DNA of 64,000 nucleotides from Tubulanus polymorphus (GCF_964204645.1 NC_134026.1:2379950-2443949); one strand, 5' to 3'; counted from the stretch's first letter, positions 1 through 11,970 are shown. Notes: generated from the sequence alone by a model not told the origin. Numbers and translations: made by a program.

Positions 1-297
1 TCTCGTTAATATCAGACGACAGACATGAAAACAACAGAGAAAATAAACCAATAAACAGGTCCCTAAAATACACTGTATGTTAACTACATAGAACCAGCAG
101 TGATTTCTTCATTTCATGAATGAAAAATAAAAATACAACAAACAAAAAAAAAGATATTTCCAACCGCGAAATGTAAATCTCGTTCAACAGTTAAAACTTT
201 TTACATCAATGGATAAAATATTGCTTCTTCTTGGAGAGCCATCAGCAGAAAATGACAAATCAATTCAGATCTTTGCCTAAGGAAAAAAGTTCATACC

Positions 298-328
<31 letters not shown>

Positions 329-352
329 TTAATAATAATAATAATAATAATT
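298..352. repeat. (AAT)n microsatellite
   Basis: Run of aat units with one interruption. Confidence 0.9.
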
Positions 353-702
353 ATGATAATAAAGATAATTAAAATCATTGAATTCTTTTAGTAAACATAC
401 GACGCTCTGTAAATCATTAATCAGCTAATCAATTACCTACCTACCTACCTACGGTGACTACATCTAAGTTACTATATATAAATCTATTGAGTTAAAACTA
501 CTACAGTACTGTTTTCTTCAAGAGGCGAATCATTCATATAAAACAACAGAATAATCAATCTGAATAATCAATTAATAGTAATAATAATAATAATGATAAT
601 TATAGTTATCTCTCAGTTTGACAAGTATATCTATCTTATATATGTATATTTATATATATATATATATATTTGTATGTATATATATTGTATGTTAATACTT
701 CG

Positions 703-3186
703 TTTATTCACATCGACAAAAACATGAATGATTGATACAATGAGATATGTGCAAAAAATAAGCAATGAATTCGTCGCTGTTTGAGACGCCGTAAGTTCGA
801 GATTCTCATGATTTCAGATTCGAAATTCGTCGTAATATCGGTGAAAAACGTTGACTATCAGATCTAAACTTCTAATTGAATTTCTCAAAAGTGTAATGCG
901 CGCAATAGTTGAGCAGTAAAATATCAATCGTCGCGCATTTTGCCAGAAAAGTGCAAATCCATTGTTAATACGCACCCATAATCTCATCGTCCCAATGGTG
1001 GCAAACACCTCAGCATAAGGCGACAATAAGGGGATTTTATTCAAAATCAAAATTATAAATCTATTTAATATATGAATAGTATCCGATGAGAAACACTAGT
1101 TTCGTTAGATCGTTTTCTGAAAAAATATACATTCATAGAGCACATTTAAATGAACTAGTGTTATCTTCACGAGAGAACGCGTTTACGCACGCATTTCCTT
1201 CGTATTCCAATTATCTATATATAGAGAGATATTCAGAGATAATTGTAAAAATTCCACACAATAAATTCATAACAACGTACAAAAAATAGAAACATCTTTT
1301 TTTTCAATTCCATAGAATGTTAAAATCTGGCCTCGTAGTGTTTTTGACTCATGCCTTTTAAAGGCTATTTAATAGGCTCTCCATTGAATGCCGAGTTCAG
1401 CTATGTTATTTCAATAATATCCAAAAACTGCGTCAACCTTCTAAAGGTTTTTTGTCTGTCATCAAAATACGGCTAATTTTCTACTTATAGAACGTAGCTG
1501 AACTGGCATTCAATAATCAATATTTGGTCTACTGCTACACTATATCATTTTACCTAGCGCTAAAACTAGACTCATCAAATTGTCAGTAGCACCATTTGTT
1601 TATATCTTTTTTTGGGGGAGAAAAATATAGATATTTCCTGAAATTTGACACACTTATTATTCACTGTTTTTTTTTTCTTCATATACATATATAAATTCAG
1701 ATAAACCGATTTTCTTCGTCGGAACGCTGGCTGTGGATGAACAATCCATAGACAGACAGGTATAGACAACCCATAACGATACTAATTACAATAGTAATGA
1801 TATAATAGAATCATTGAATCATAAACAGACCATAAAATGATCACAAGAAAAAGTGAGAAATCTGATTTTTGATTAAATCTGAAAGGCACGAATACTGAGA
1901 AGTAAAAACTGTTTACAATGTTTGTTTTTAGAACCACCGTACAATGACGTAAACATGAATACAAAATGTTCAACAACAACACGCAGTTGTACAATAAATT
2001 TGTACATGATTATAATTCACGCTGAAAGTGACCAATATCATCACTGCAGTAAATTTACACTTGTTTGTGTAATAATATTATCAATTATCCCTCTCGAAAG
2101 TGGCGTAGTCATGAGTTGAATACAATACGACAGGTCGATGAGCTTGGCGATCAAAAAAGCAAAAATATGCCGTTAAAATCGAACTCGTATAGCAAAGTTC
2201 CGTTTCTAATGAAGCGGGCGCCTCACGAAAAATGAAATTCGGGGTACGGGTGACAACAATTGATGTACATTGAAATTACACTTGATTTTGCTAAGCGTAA
2301 GCCTTTCAAATAAGACACGGGCTTTGGTATGAAGCTTCCAAATGTTCGTATAAGCCAACTTTTAGTAGTTATTAAACCCCACAAAAAATAGATAAATAAT
2401 TACAAAACGGGTTCGATTTACAATTGATTTGAGTAGTTCTTTTTAAGGCAGCAGTTGCTCAGAAAACGTGTTTATGTATTTACCCAATAGCAACAGCATT
2501 CATACCAATAATAGTGATGCAGACTGGAGTCTTACCACTTCATTCAATACATAGGCAAGACTACAGCCTTATTAACAAATACCGGTATATGATAGGTGGG
2601 ATTGCGATCAAAGTAACGTTTTGTTCATATGGATCATTAGTTGTTCTAAATTGATGACAACATGTCCGTTTTCAAAGAACATACATAATCAGCAGTTGAC
2701 AGTTTTTCAATCTCAAAATATATTCCAAATCGTGATATTATTTCCGGTTATGCTTTTCACTGCCCTGGGAAAAGTTTCGTTCATTCTTTTTTAAACGTTG
2801 GGCATTTACGTGTACCTGAACTCGTAATTGAAATTATCGTCTATTTCGTAATAGACTCTGTAATTTAGCGTACAATTCGAAACTTTCGACGATGAAAATA
2901 CATGCATCTAATGGAATGAAAGGGTGATATTTTTTTGATTGCAAAACATAGGCATAATCTCCTCGATATATAGATAATATATATATATATATGTAAGTAT
3001 ATACAAAAAATAAGCATATGTCCACTTTTAACAGCAAAATTTCTGAACAAAATATACACGAAGGCTCCATTCTTTATACGGAGCATTAAATTAGATATTA
3101 GCTGAATATCAATGCACCAACAACAGCAGTTTATAAAACATATGGCACTCACAGAGGAGAGATATATCTACTACGCGTTTATTTCT
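703..3186 (-). other. Probable long AU-rich 3' UTR of the CUX transcript; end uncertain
   Basis: Directly downstream of the stop codon. Minus-strand AATAAA candidates (plus-strand tttatt) near 703-708 and 1036-1041. No convincing ORF. Confidence 0.4.
1383..1514. repeat. Inverted-repeat element (MITE-like hairpin) in the putative 3' UTR
   Basis: ATTGAATGCCGAGTTCAGCTA (1383-1403) vs TAGCTGAACTGGCATTCAAT (1495-1514): reverse complements apart from one indel. Confidence 0.6.
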
Positions 3187-4115
3187 TCAAAATTCCCAGT
3201 CTTCAGATCTACTATCTGTGACTAAGTTTTTCTCTAATTGCTCGATCGTGTCCTTGCGGTCGACGTCGTCCCAGTTCTCCGCGACCGAATCGATCGCTTT
3301 TTGCAGCTTCATGATTTTGTCGTTTTTGCCGAACTCAGATCGTCGCTCTTCCGACGGGCCGTCTCCGTTCGTCGACGGAGTTTCAGATCTATACAGAGAT
3401 TCGGCAGACGACGGTTGTTGTATCGCCGGCGTAGACCGCGCGCTCAGATCGCTCACTTCCATATCGTCGACTGTGCCATCTTGTCGCAGCGATTTCTCCA
3501 GTTCAACGCCTTGATAAACCCACTGCGGCTTCGCGCATTTCCGTTTGTTGACGCTAAACGCTTGTCTATTATTATTGTTTTTCGGTTGCGGCGAAGGCAC
3601 GTTCGTTATATCGTTACATACACTTTCGCCGTCCGAATTTAACTCTGTTTTTAATTTGACGGCTGCGTCGAGACTGCTTACTGACGACGTACGACTCATG
3701 TTAACAGCCTCAAATGACGGAAACATCCATTGAGTCAATTCTCGTTGATTATTATTTCCTCCGAACTGACTACTACTAGTTAAATCAGTTGACATTTCAC
3801 TATTATCTGATAAATTATCTCCGTCCTCCATTTTCGGACGATCCGAGTCTGAAGTGGGAGTTGTAGGTGGGTGAGCTTGCTGTTTTGTTCGCATGCGATG
3901 GTTATGAAACCAATTGATTACAGTTTTCGAGTTGACACCGAGCTGCGAGGCCAACGCTTCGATCGTACTCTGATTCGGGTACGGATCCTGCAGATACGTG
4001 TTACGCAAGGTTTCTTTTTGTTCCTCGGTGAAGAAAACTCGCGGCCGCTTCATATGACTATTCGGTGATTCCGATATTAGGTCGAGTTCCATACTGCCTT
4101 TTCTTTTACGATTAG
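3187..4115 (-). CDS. CUX1: CUX terminal coding exon: homeodomain and C-terminal tail
   Basis: Acceptor TTTTGTAG (AG at 4117-4116), phase 1. Encodes ANRKRKG...KRPRVFFTEEQKETLRNTYLQDPYPNQSTIEALASQLGVNSKTVINWFHNHRMR; His at homeodomain position 50 is typical of CUX. TGA stop at 3189-3187. Confidence 0.96.
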
Positions 4116-4234
4116 CTACAAAATGAGAGAACAAATTCTTATTTTCGCCATCATTGATGAAATTTAGAAGAGAAACTCAACTCTGTAGATGGTATGTCAC
4201 CTATTTGTCGCACTATATCCGTGTTGTGGCGATA

Positions 4235-4395
4235 ATATAAAGAGAATCCCACAATTATAACGAAAAGCAATCTTATGTCTGAAAAAACTGACTATTAGGA
4301 TATAGTTGAAACATTGAATAAACTACTTGCTCAAGGAAACATTTTTGGACTTAACAACATTATTTTTCATTATCATTGTTGGATTCTCTTTATAT
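4235..4395. mobile_element. Short MITE with 15-bp perfect inverted ends; related copy at about 31120-31236
   Basis: ATATAAAGAGAATCC...GGATTCTCTTTATAT. The second copy shares ccgtgttgtggcgataa..agagaatc, ttttggactt and ggattctc. Confidence 0.65.
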
Positions 4396-4427
4396 ATTGG
4401 TACGTATTTGTATAAATCTATTATTAC

Positions 4428-4877
4428 CTTTCATATGTGATCTATAAGCTCGTAGTTTCTCCACATTATATGGATCACTCAACCATTTCTGCATTTTAAT
4501 GAACGGCTCTCGTCCTTTCAGACTCAGCATGTGCCAAGGTTTCGGCTTCGACAGCAGTTCACTGACCGAACCTTGACTCAACGCGAGTATCGACTCTCCG
4601 AACAGCCTCTGACCGAGATTACTAGCCTGTAAGACATCTTTGACTTTACTCGTCAGCGCTAACGTGTCGATTTCACCGGGAACGGCAACGTCGTTGTTGT
4701 TCGTCGATTGTTGGTAACACGGTGAATTTTGCGGCTCCGATTTGACGATGGATAACGGCGTGGAAGGTTGAGAGATTCCGGGACTGTGAAGCGGCGATGT
4801 ATCGATTGAATTTCGTTCGGGATGAATCGGAGCAGGTTGAATTATAGGTGTAGTCGTCATTGATTGCGGCAAACCGC
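4428..4877 (-). CDS. CUX1: CUX exon containing CUT repeat 3
   Basis: TTTCAG acceptor, G|GTAATA donor, 450 nt, phase 1-1. [64 protein letters not shown]. Confidence 0.95.
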
Positions 4878-4957
4878 CTGAAATACAACATCAACATATA
4901 TCATCTATTCAGTTTTAAGAAGCCGAATATGAAATCGAGAAGAAATGTGTTATTTAC

Positions 4958-6032
4958 CTTGATTGATGTAAACAACGTTGCTGCTTCTCATGAGTTTATC
5001 GGGAGCTATACGATATTGACTAGCGACCAGTTTAGGAATGGCTTCTGTATCCTCCAGAAATATCTGCATTCGAATGAACGGTTCTCTTCCTTTCTGAGTG
5101 AGCATGTGCCACGGTTTCGGTCGCGCCAGTAGATCGCTAACGCTGCCTTGAGATAAACCGAGAACGTGTTCGCCGAACAAACGCTGACTGATCGAATATT
5201 GACTGAGCATCTCCTTCACCTTTTTCACTAAGTCATCCGTATTTATGTGCGAATAATGGTCGAATTGTTCCTGCGTTATAGGGGGCAGCACTGCCCGGAG
5301 TGGTTTCTGAGGAGGGAATGGCATGGTGGATTTGTTAACGAGAGAGTTGGCTATGGACTGCATGTGTTGCAGAGGTGACATCGAATTAACCGGATACGGG
5401 CAATCAATCGCGAAATTAGTTTCCGACCGAGGACGTACGAGGCAGAAGGCACTGCCAGCGTGTCGGACTTGGTCCGTTTTTTCAGCAGTGTTGATATCAG
5501 TGTGATTGGCAGGCGACTTCCTCACGTTGTTGTGCGAAGCTCCTCCCCCTCCACGGTCTGTAGATGATAGATCCAACGGCTCGTTTTCGAGTTTGACCTC
5601 TCTGTGATGAACTAATCCTATTTCGTGTCCGTTCTGTTGCGGTAAATTCGGAATCAAATGTCGATACATTCCGTTCTCTAATATATTCAAACTGAGGTTA
5701 GTTTCGTGTTGTGAATTCTGAGCTAGTTTCTGCAGTTCTAATTGATATTTATGACATTCCGGTAGGTTTCCCATCTCCTGTGCAGCCTGCGCGAGTTTCA
5801 TCAACTCTTTCTGATAAATACGTCTGACGATCTCCTGCGACATTCCCGCATCGTCCGATTGCTTTTGCCTCGATATTTCAGATCTATCTTTCTTCGGCGA
5901 TTTCGGGCGTTCGTTCTTCTCTTTCATTTCAGGGGGACGAACGGTGCCGTTGATGTACGGAACTTGACTGTTGGCCATTTTGGCCAGCTCATTTTGATAA
6001 ATACTCGACACCATTTGACTAGTCATATGTGA
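4958..6032 (-). CDS. CUX1: CUX exon containing the inter-CUT linker and CUT repeat 2
   Basis: TCTTCCAG acceptor, G|GTAAAT donor, 1075 nt, phase 0-1. [64 protein letters not shown]. Confidence 0.95.
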
Positions 6033-6484
6033 CTGGAAGATAAAAACGCGAATAAATTAGTTAAAACACATGATATTCAACATAAACTAGCTGCAAATGT
6101 TGATAACGAAGCAAAAGCCATTTTCTATAAAAATTCATAGTCATGCTATGAAGACTTATATATCGTTTGATAGAACAACAATTATAAAAAGAACAATCAC
6201 AAAGTCACAAAATTATATAAAGATCAACATTAAGAATGAGAGAACTAGCGTTAATAGGACACCGACCCACAGTATGGAATATTCTGTAAGCAGTAGAGCC
6301 GTTTCAAAGAAAGCTAAAACATTGCTGAGAGCTCGTATTGAGCTCGATTAAATCCCAGTCGCTCAGTCATAATTTGATGAATAAACATGAATGAAAAGCA
6401 CAGTAAACGTCGAATGCCTGTGGGTTGCATTTTTACCATTGTAAGACTGTAGTGATTTAAGCCAATAAGGTCTGCCAGTGGTAC

Positions 6485-6600
6485 CTTTTCTTGTTGTTGT
6501 TTACTCTGTATGGCTTGCTGCGCATCGCTGAGTATCTGAGCTATTCTTTCTTCCGTAGCCGAATCTTCGTGTTTATACGGCGACATAACCGGCTGAGTAC
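6485..6600 (-). CDS. CUX1: CUX exon, post-CUT1 helix (TEERIAQILSDAQQAIQ)
   Basis: TTTTCAG acceptor, AAG|GTACC donor, 116 nt, phase 1-0; links the flanking exons in frame. Confidence 0.9.
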
Positions 6601-6691
6601 CTGAAAATAACAATCCGAAATCGACGAAATAACGATCGCGTTTCGCATTCCAAAATATTCAAGTCGTTTTTAACGGCTCTGATAAATTTAC

Positions 6692-7252
6692 CTTTTCGCG
6701 GTGATATAGCTTTCAGAGCGACGACGTTGCGCTCGTCGGACGCCCAAGCGTGCATCTTACGGTAAGATTCGCGTCCTTTCTCGGTCAGTTTATCCCAATG
6801 TTTGGGTTTCGACAACAATTCGCTGACCGTCCCCTGAGATAGTCCGAGCACGTGTTTCGCGAATAGTCTTTGTCCGATGTTATTCGTGCTGAGAATTTCA
6901 CGGATTCGCTGCGAAACGTCAGCGGTATTCAATATATGAGAATTATTATTCTCCTTTTGTGCGATGCTCTGCAACTGTTGCAGTGAGCTACTGTCCGCAG
7001 AGTCCGCTAAACTATCTATGCTGCCATTTTGATATGTTTTCGGAGAATTGCTCAGCGTATTATCGGGCGCGACGTAACCGAATCTAATATCGCTCTCTTT
7101 GAACCCGTTTTCGGTGGTCTCAGATTTCTGAGACGGAGTACTGGGGTGGGAAGGAGAAGATGCTCCACTCGCACCGTTCTGGTAATCGTGATGGACTTGC
7201 GGAGCTTCGGCGCTATTTACAACGACGCATTGCTTCTCCTCCGGTTGTGCGC
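6692..7252 (-). CDS. CUX1: First CUX-specific exon, containing CUT repeat 1
   Basis: TTTCTTGCAG acceptor, G|GTAAAT donor, 561 nt, phase 1-1, open throughout: GAQPEEKQ...[63 protein letters not shown]. The ORF track misses its 5' half. Confidence 0.92.
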
Positions 7253-7606
7253 CTGCAAGAAAGGTGTAACAATGCCATAAGAACGATCATGCAACACAGA
7301 ATGACAACAGCCAAAATCATCGTCAAAAAAATCAACAAGACGAAACTTGTCGAAACAAATTTTCTTTTAGTATTTTCGTCATAAGACATTTGAGTCTCTT
7401 GAGATAATTTTGCTATGAATTGAGGGGTATGCTGGCATAGACACCTTTCTTGCTATCGGCATATAAATATATATATACATATACATATATATAAACGGCT
7501 ATATGTATAAATATACATATATATATATAAATAAATGTAAGTGTATGTGACATATGAAAATAACACATTCAATGTTGCAACAATGAGTCTAACGGTTAAA
7601 AATTTG

Positions 7607-7638
<32 letters not shown>

Positions 7639-8558
7639 TCACACATCCGTTGAAGCCACCAATAGATGGCGACACTAAAGAAACATGGATGTCTACATTT
7701 CCTAAAGCACATTAAATCTAAGTGTCTATACCACCAACTATACTATCGTTGACCAGTATTTGTAGCAACATGCAACGGTATTCTAATATCACCTCTAATT
7801 CGAGTACTTTTTTGCCAGTTTGTATTTTTTTTTTCGACGATTCTCTATGATTCAAGCTAATGAAAAAAGGAGTGAGAGTTTTATTGCGAAGACTATTTCA
7901 ATGATATCATTATTTTCTGATTATGCTTATGATTTGAGCGTGATGATCATGAATTTCAGAACCATCATCAAGTTGTTTGTGACAGATTTTATCATTTCTG
8001 TTTTTATCTTTATTCACGGTTAGAAAATACATATTTAGCTTTTGGCAAAACGTCTTGCCGGTTTTCAGCGTTCATTCAAATTGTAAAAACCGATAATTCC
8101 AGCTTCAATTCATGGGAGACTTGACATTTTACGAATGTAATTCTATTTCTTCATATCCCGAGGTCGAGTTGCATTTATCTCCGCGCAGACCAACCATTTT
8201 AAAACAATTACTACGTAGACTTATATATGTGTGTATATATACATATAATACACGGCTGGCATATACGCCAGCGGTAACAATTGCATCAACCCAAAACCTT
8301 CTCGGATAATACGGAAATAATCGAAAATTTCTGCAAACCATACGATAATGATTTCAATTTGAAAGCGACGATTTAATTAATGTTTGTATAATGATGATTT
8401 GTAGATTTGTAGCGTTTATTTGTATCTGCGGTGATAATATGAAAGTGATTTGTCAGGGTTGGTGGATAGGGGAGAGGAAATCCTAAGCTGGTAAGGTGTC
8501 TATAATGCCGATCTATACTAGAAGTGTAAAATTCACCATGCATATATTGGCCACTAAC

Positions 8559-8701
8559 CTGTAAGTTCGGAGTGCGACACTTTTAGATGGGTGTTCTCCG
8601 TTTGAAGTTGTTTGTTCTTTTCGAGCAGTAGAATTTCTAATGTTTTACCGTGTTCAAGCGATTCTCCGTCGCGCGACTTAAACTCGATCGATTTCATAAT
8701 T
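8559..8701 (-). CDS. CUX1: Last CUX/CASP-shared coiled-coil exon
   Basis: 143 nt, phase 2-1. IMKSIEFKSRDGESLEHGKTLEILLLEKNKQLQTENTHLKVSHSELT resembles CUX1 ILKSMEF...LEVLLLEKNRSLQSEN. Donor G|GTTAGT. Confidence 0.93.
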
Positions 8702-8932
8702 CTGAAAAAAAAAATATCATCGAATAAAATACCTATTCATCTTCGTTTGCGCGACGCGTGTATCGCGTGTATCTTTTCAAACGTCAAAAATCATTATTCC
8801 AACTTGAACCGAAATCAACCGGGTTCGAGTTTCAAACATTTTGCTGATGGCATAATAAACATTCACCGGCGTGCAATATATGAATATTATGCACAGACAC
8901 CGGAATTTCAACAAATCGATCTCATTTCTTAC

Positions 8933-9039
8933 TCTAACTCTCGTTTGATTTCTTCATAGTCTTCTTGAGATTTCATGCGTTCCTCGAGTAACTGGAAGGC
9001 ACGACTTTTAGCAGCTAATTCTTCTTCTAATTTGGCAAT
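8933..9039 (-). CDS. CUX1: CUX/CASP coiled-coil exon
   Basis: 107 nt, phase 0-2. IAKLEEELAAKSRAFQLLEERMKSQEDYEEIKREL; TTTTGTAG acceptor, GTAAGA donor. Confidence 0.93.
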
Positions 9040-9630
9040 CTACAAAAAATATATATATATGTTTGCGTTGAAAATTTCATGAAATCTTACGGACAATATA
9101 TACACTGGAAGTTGCTCACAGAAGGGATAGTAAATGCTCTAACAATAATTGCATCCTAAGCGCTGGCAAGACAAAAAAGTTGATTAATGACTCAAAATCG
9201 GAAATCATGAATGCAGATGAACTTGATCTGCATCTCGTCCATCAAGATACTGGCAACATCTAACAATAGTCCTCAATAGTAACAACCAGGCAGCCAAAAC
9301 ATAGGTCAATTTTTTTAACAGCCGCAAACCTGATATGATATGATATTTCTATCATAATGAGCTGAAAACTTTGCAAAATAGGCAACAGTTGATAACATTT
9401 TCACCTTTCCAGGTATTGAATTTTTTTCATATTCAGTTATTCAACTGCGAGTCAAATGCAGTATATACTGCAGAAACTGGATCCCTGTATTTCAATAATC
9501 TATTCAAAGTACAAGTATTCCAAATCAATTCTATTTGAAGTTTTTCAACACGTTATACTATTAACACATAATCCATCGGCAACGTTTAACACCCTTTAGC
9601 GTAAATTTAAAAGTAACCATGGTTACGTAC

Positions 9631-9705
9631 CTGAGCAGATGTAGTTTCTTTCATTTTCGATATTGAGGCCTGCAGCTTCTGGACATCCTCCACCAATTGA
9701 GCGAT
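9631..9705 (-). CDS. CUX1: CUX/CASP coiled-coil exon
   Basis: 75 nt, phase 0-0. IAQLVEDVQKLQASISKMKETTSAQ; TTTTTAG acceptor, GTACGT donor. Confidence 0.94.
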
Positions 9706-9856
9706 CTAAAAACAGGTTATACCATGGATACATTTTCAATTTTCCAATTTGATGATTAGATTTCGATGACAATTTTTTGTCTAGCAAATTAGAACTGTAT
9801 GGTGCTGCCATCTGTATTGTCCTAATTTCAACACAGGGATAATAAAGTCGATTTAC

Positions 9857-10027
9857 CTCTTTTTCTTTGGCGACGAGTTCAACCTCGAGACTCGATCGCT
9901 TCAGAATATCAATTGCTTGTTCAACATCAGGTGCGTGCTGCATCTGTTCGGCCTGGTGCAGATTCTGATTTGCCGACATGAGTTGGGTTTTCAGTTGCTC
10001 AACTTCCCGTTCTGAAGCGGCTACTCG
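9857..10027 (-). CDS. CUX1: CUX/CASP coiled-coil exon
   Basis: 171 nt, phase 0-0. RVAASEREVEQLKTQLMSANQNLHQAEQMQHAPDVEQAIDILKRSSLEVELVAKEKE. Confidence 0.95.
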
Positions 10028-11786
10028 CTACAAAATACAACACCAAAATAAACAAAATTACTCTCGAGTGATATAATTTCCAGCTCTAACAAGATTAATA
10101 TTCACGAGAAATTTCATTTACAGGCAAAACTGCGGTTTAAAAAAAAAGTAAAATAATTTCTTTTCTATTTTGATAGAACCCTTTTCGAAAAATCCCCAAT
10201 AAAAATGAAATAGCGACGAGGATATTATTCCTTCGCCCACTCAAATTAATTGATAATCAGACTGTAATCCTTATTTGAATATAATTACGCCTTAATCCAG
10301 ATTTGAATTTGAATAAATAGATATATTCCTAATGGTTTTCACACCACATGATAGAGATCATTTTACATCACCTAGGAATGATAGTTGATCACTAATCATT
10401 AATAAATCACCTGACACTTCCATATGTTCAACAAAAATTCAGTCAATCTATGCAGAATTAATGATTGTTTTTAATACTCACTCGCGGCCGTGTATATATT
10501 TTGCATTGAATAATAACCATATTGCCTGCACCGTATTGAGATTTGCGAAAGCATATTGTATTATATCGATGGTACAATACATTGCGCTTACTACGCACTG
10601 TCGAAAAAACAACACCTTTTAAATCCTAACAACAATACGAAATGAAAACAATCCGAAAAACCCGCCGATATTCGACAAAAAAAAATAATACAAAACTATC
10701 ATTTGAATTGAAGTAGTTGAAAAAATTTCAATTCTCAAAAAGACGATCATCGAATAGAACAAATAAATATTTCCTAAAACAATCGGCCAAATCTCAGAAT
10801 CAACCGATAAATACACAAAACCCCGATAAAATAAACTATTCAATTCGCATCAAATCTTAAAATCTCAAACCATTAAACGATATTAATAATACCTTTTTCT
10901 TCATTTTCGAGCGTTTACGCAAAGACGAAAATCCAGCCATACAGAAACGAACAAGAGAAAGAACGGCAAGCGAGCGTTTTATAACAAACAATCTCGCCGT
11001 TCGTTTAACTCTGACACACGATTCGATCACAACAACAACAACGTAGAATAACAATAGTCAATAGCGGTGGCATCTCTTCTTCATCGGAACATCCGTGAAA
11101 AACGACACAGTGTCCGAGACACGATCATTGCGTGTCTGTAACGCAGTACATTCATCATCCAACTGCTGCGTGACTGACACAAGCTGTGGTTTTTGTTCAG
11201 GTAAAAGGCATTGATCCGAGCAATTGATTATCATACGAGGCCGATTGAAGAATTATACCAATAACTGAGCACCTGCTGCAAGTCAATCAAGCCTAATGTA
11301 TCTACTGCCGTCATGCGTCGAAATCGATAACACTACCGGCGACGACTGCTGCCATCTAGCGACTGTTCGTCGTACTACGATCAATTCGCCCGAACAATAA
11401 AACCAATCTATAATCGGTGTGATCGAGTGATATCTCTTTGTCTCGATTCCGACTGCCGTATTTGAAGCTTCTCTCAGTCATTTCGTTCGTTCGTTTTCAA
11501 CAAAGAAAAGCGAACGTTCGCCGAATAGCGCCGCGACTGTATTAAAGACGACTCGAATCTCAAGTGCTCCGGAGCACCAACAATGAACAATTGGTCTCGA
11601 TTTGATTACGTGCGTATGCGTTTTTTAAAAAGCGGCCACAGTTTTCTTTACGGCGCGAAATAGAATCAACACTTAAAAAATACCGATTTGCATAATAGAA
11701 AATAAATCATAAAATAACATAATTCAATCCCGAATATAACAATAGATCGTTACTATATTATATATACTAGTATTCTTAGTACTCAC

Positions 11787-11970
11787 ATGAACGTTGCGCA
11801 TATTCCATTATTGTAGATTTAAAAAAAACCCCGAAGAGCAGTTCGTAACCGATCTCAACGAAATAACTGACTGAAGAAAGAGTCAAGAGAGATGATGGGT
11901 AGAGGAAACTGCATCTTCATCTATAGATGAGCTAGATACTGATAGGTGTACACAGCGCACTGTTTATATA
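11787..11970 (-). promoter_or_regulatory. Candidate intronic core promoter (TATA + Inr) and alternative first exon
   Basis: Minus-strand TATATAAA at 11970-11963; TCAGT initiator with its A at 11940 (30 nt spacing); consensus donor GTGAGT at 11786; ATG CGC AAC GTT CAT in phase 0. Confidence 0.5.

Noticed and set aside
200-290. Good minus-strand acceptor (TTTTTTCCTTAG at about 277) as a possible first CASP-specific exon
   Set aside because: In the required phase 1 it reads GKDLN then stop, and no frame resembles CASP.
3218-5505. Plus-strand ORFs (3218-3514, 3238-3642, 4860-5132, 5323-5505 and others)
   Set aside because: Antisense shadows of the CUX coding exons, with no independent evidence.
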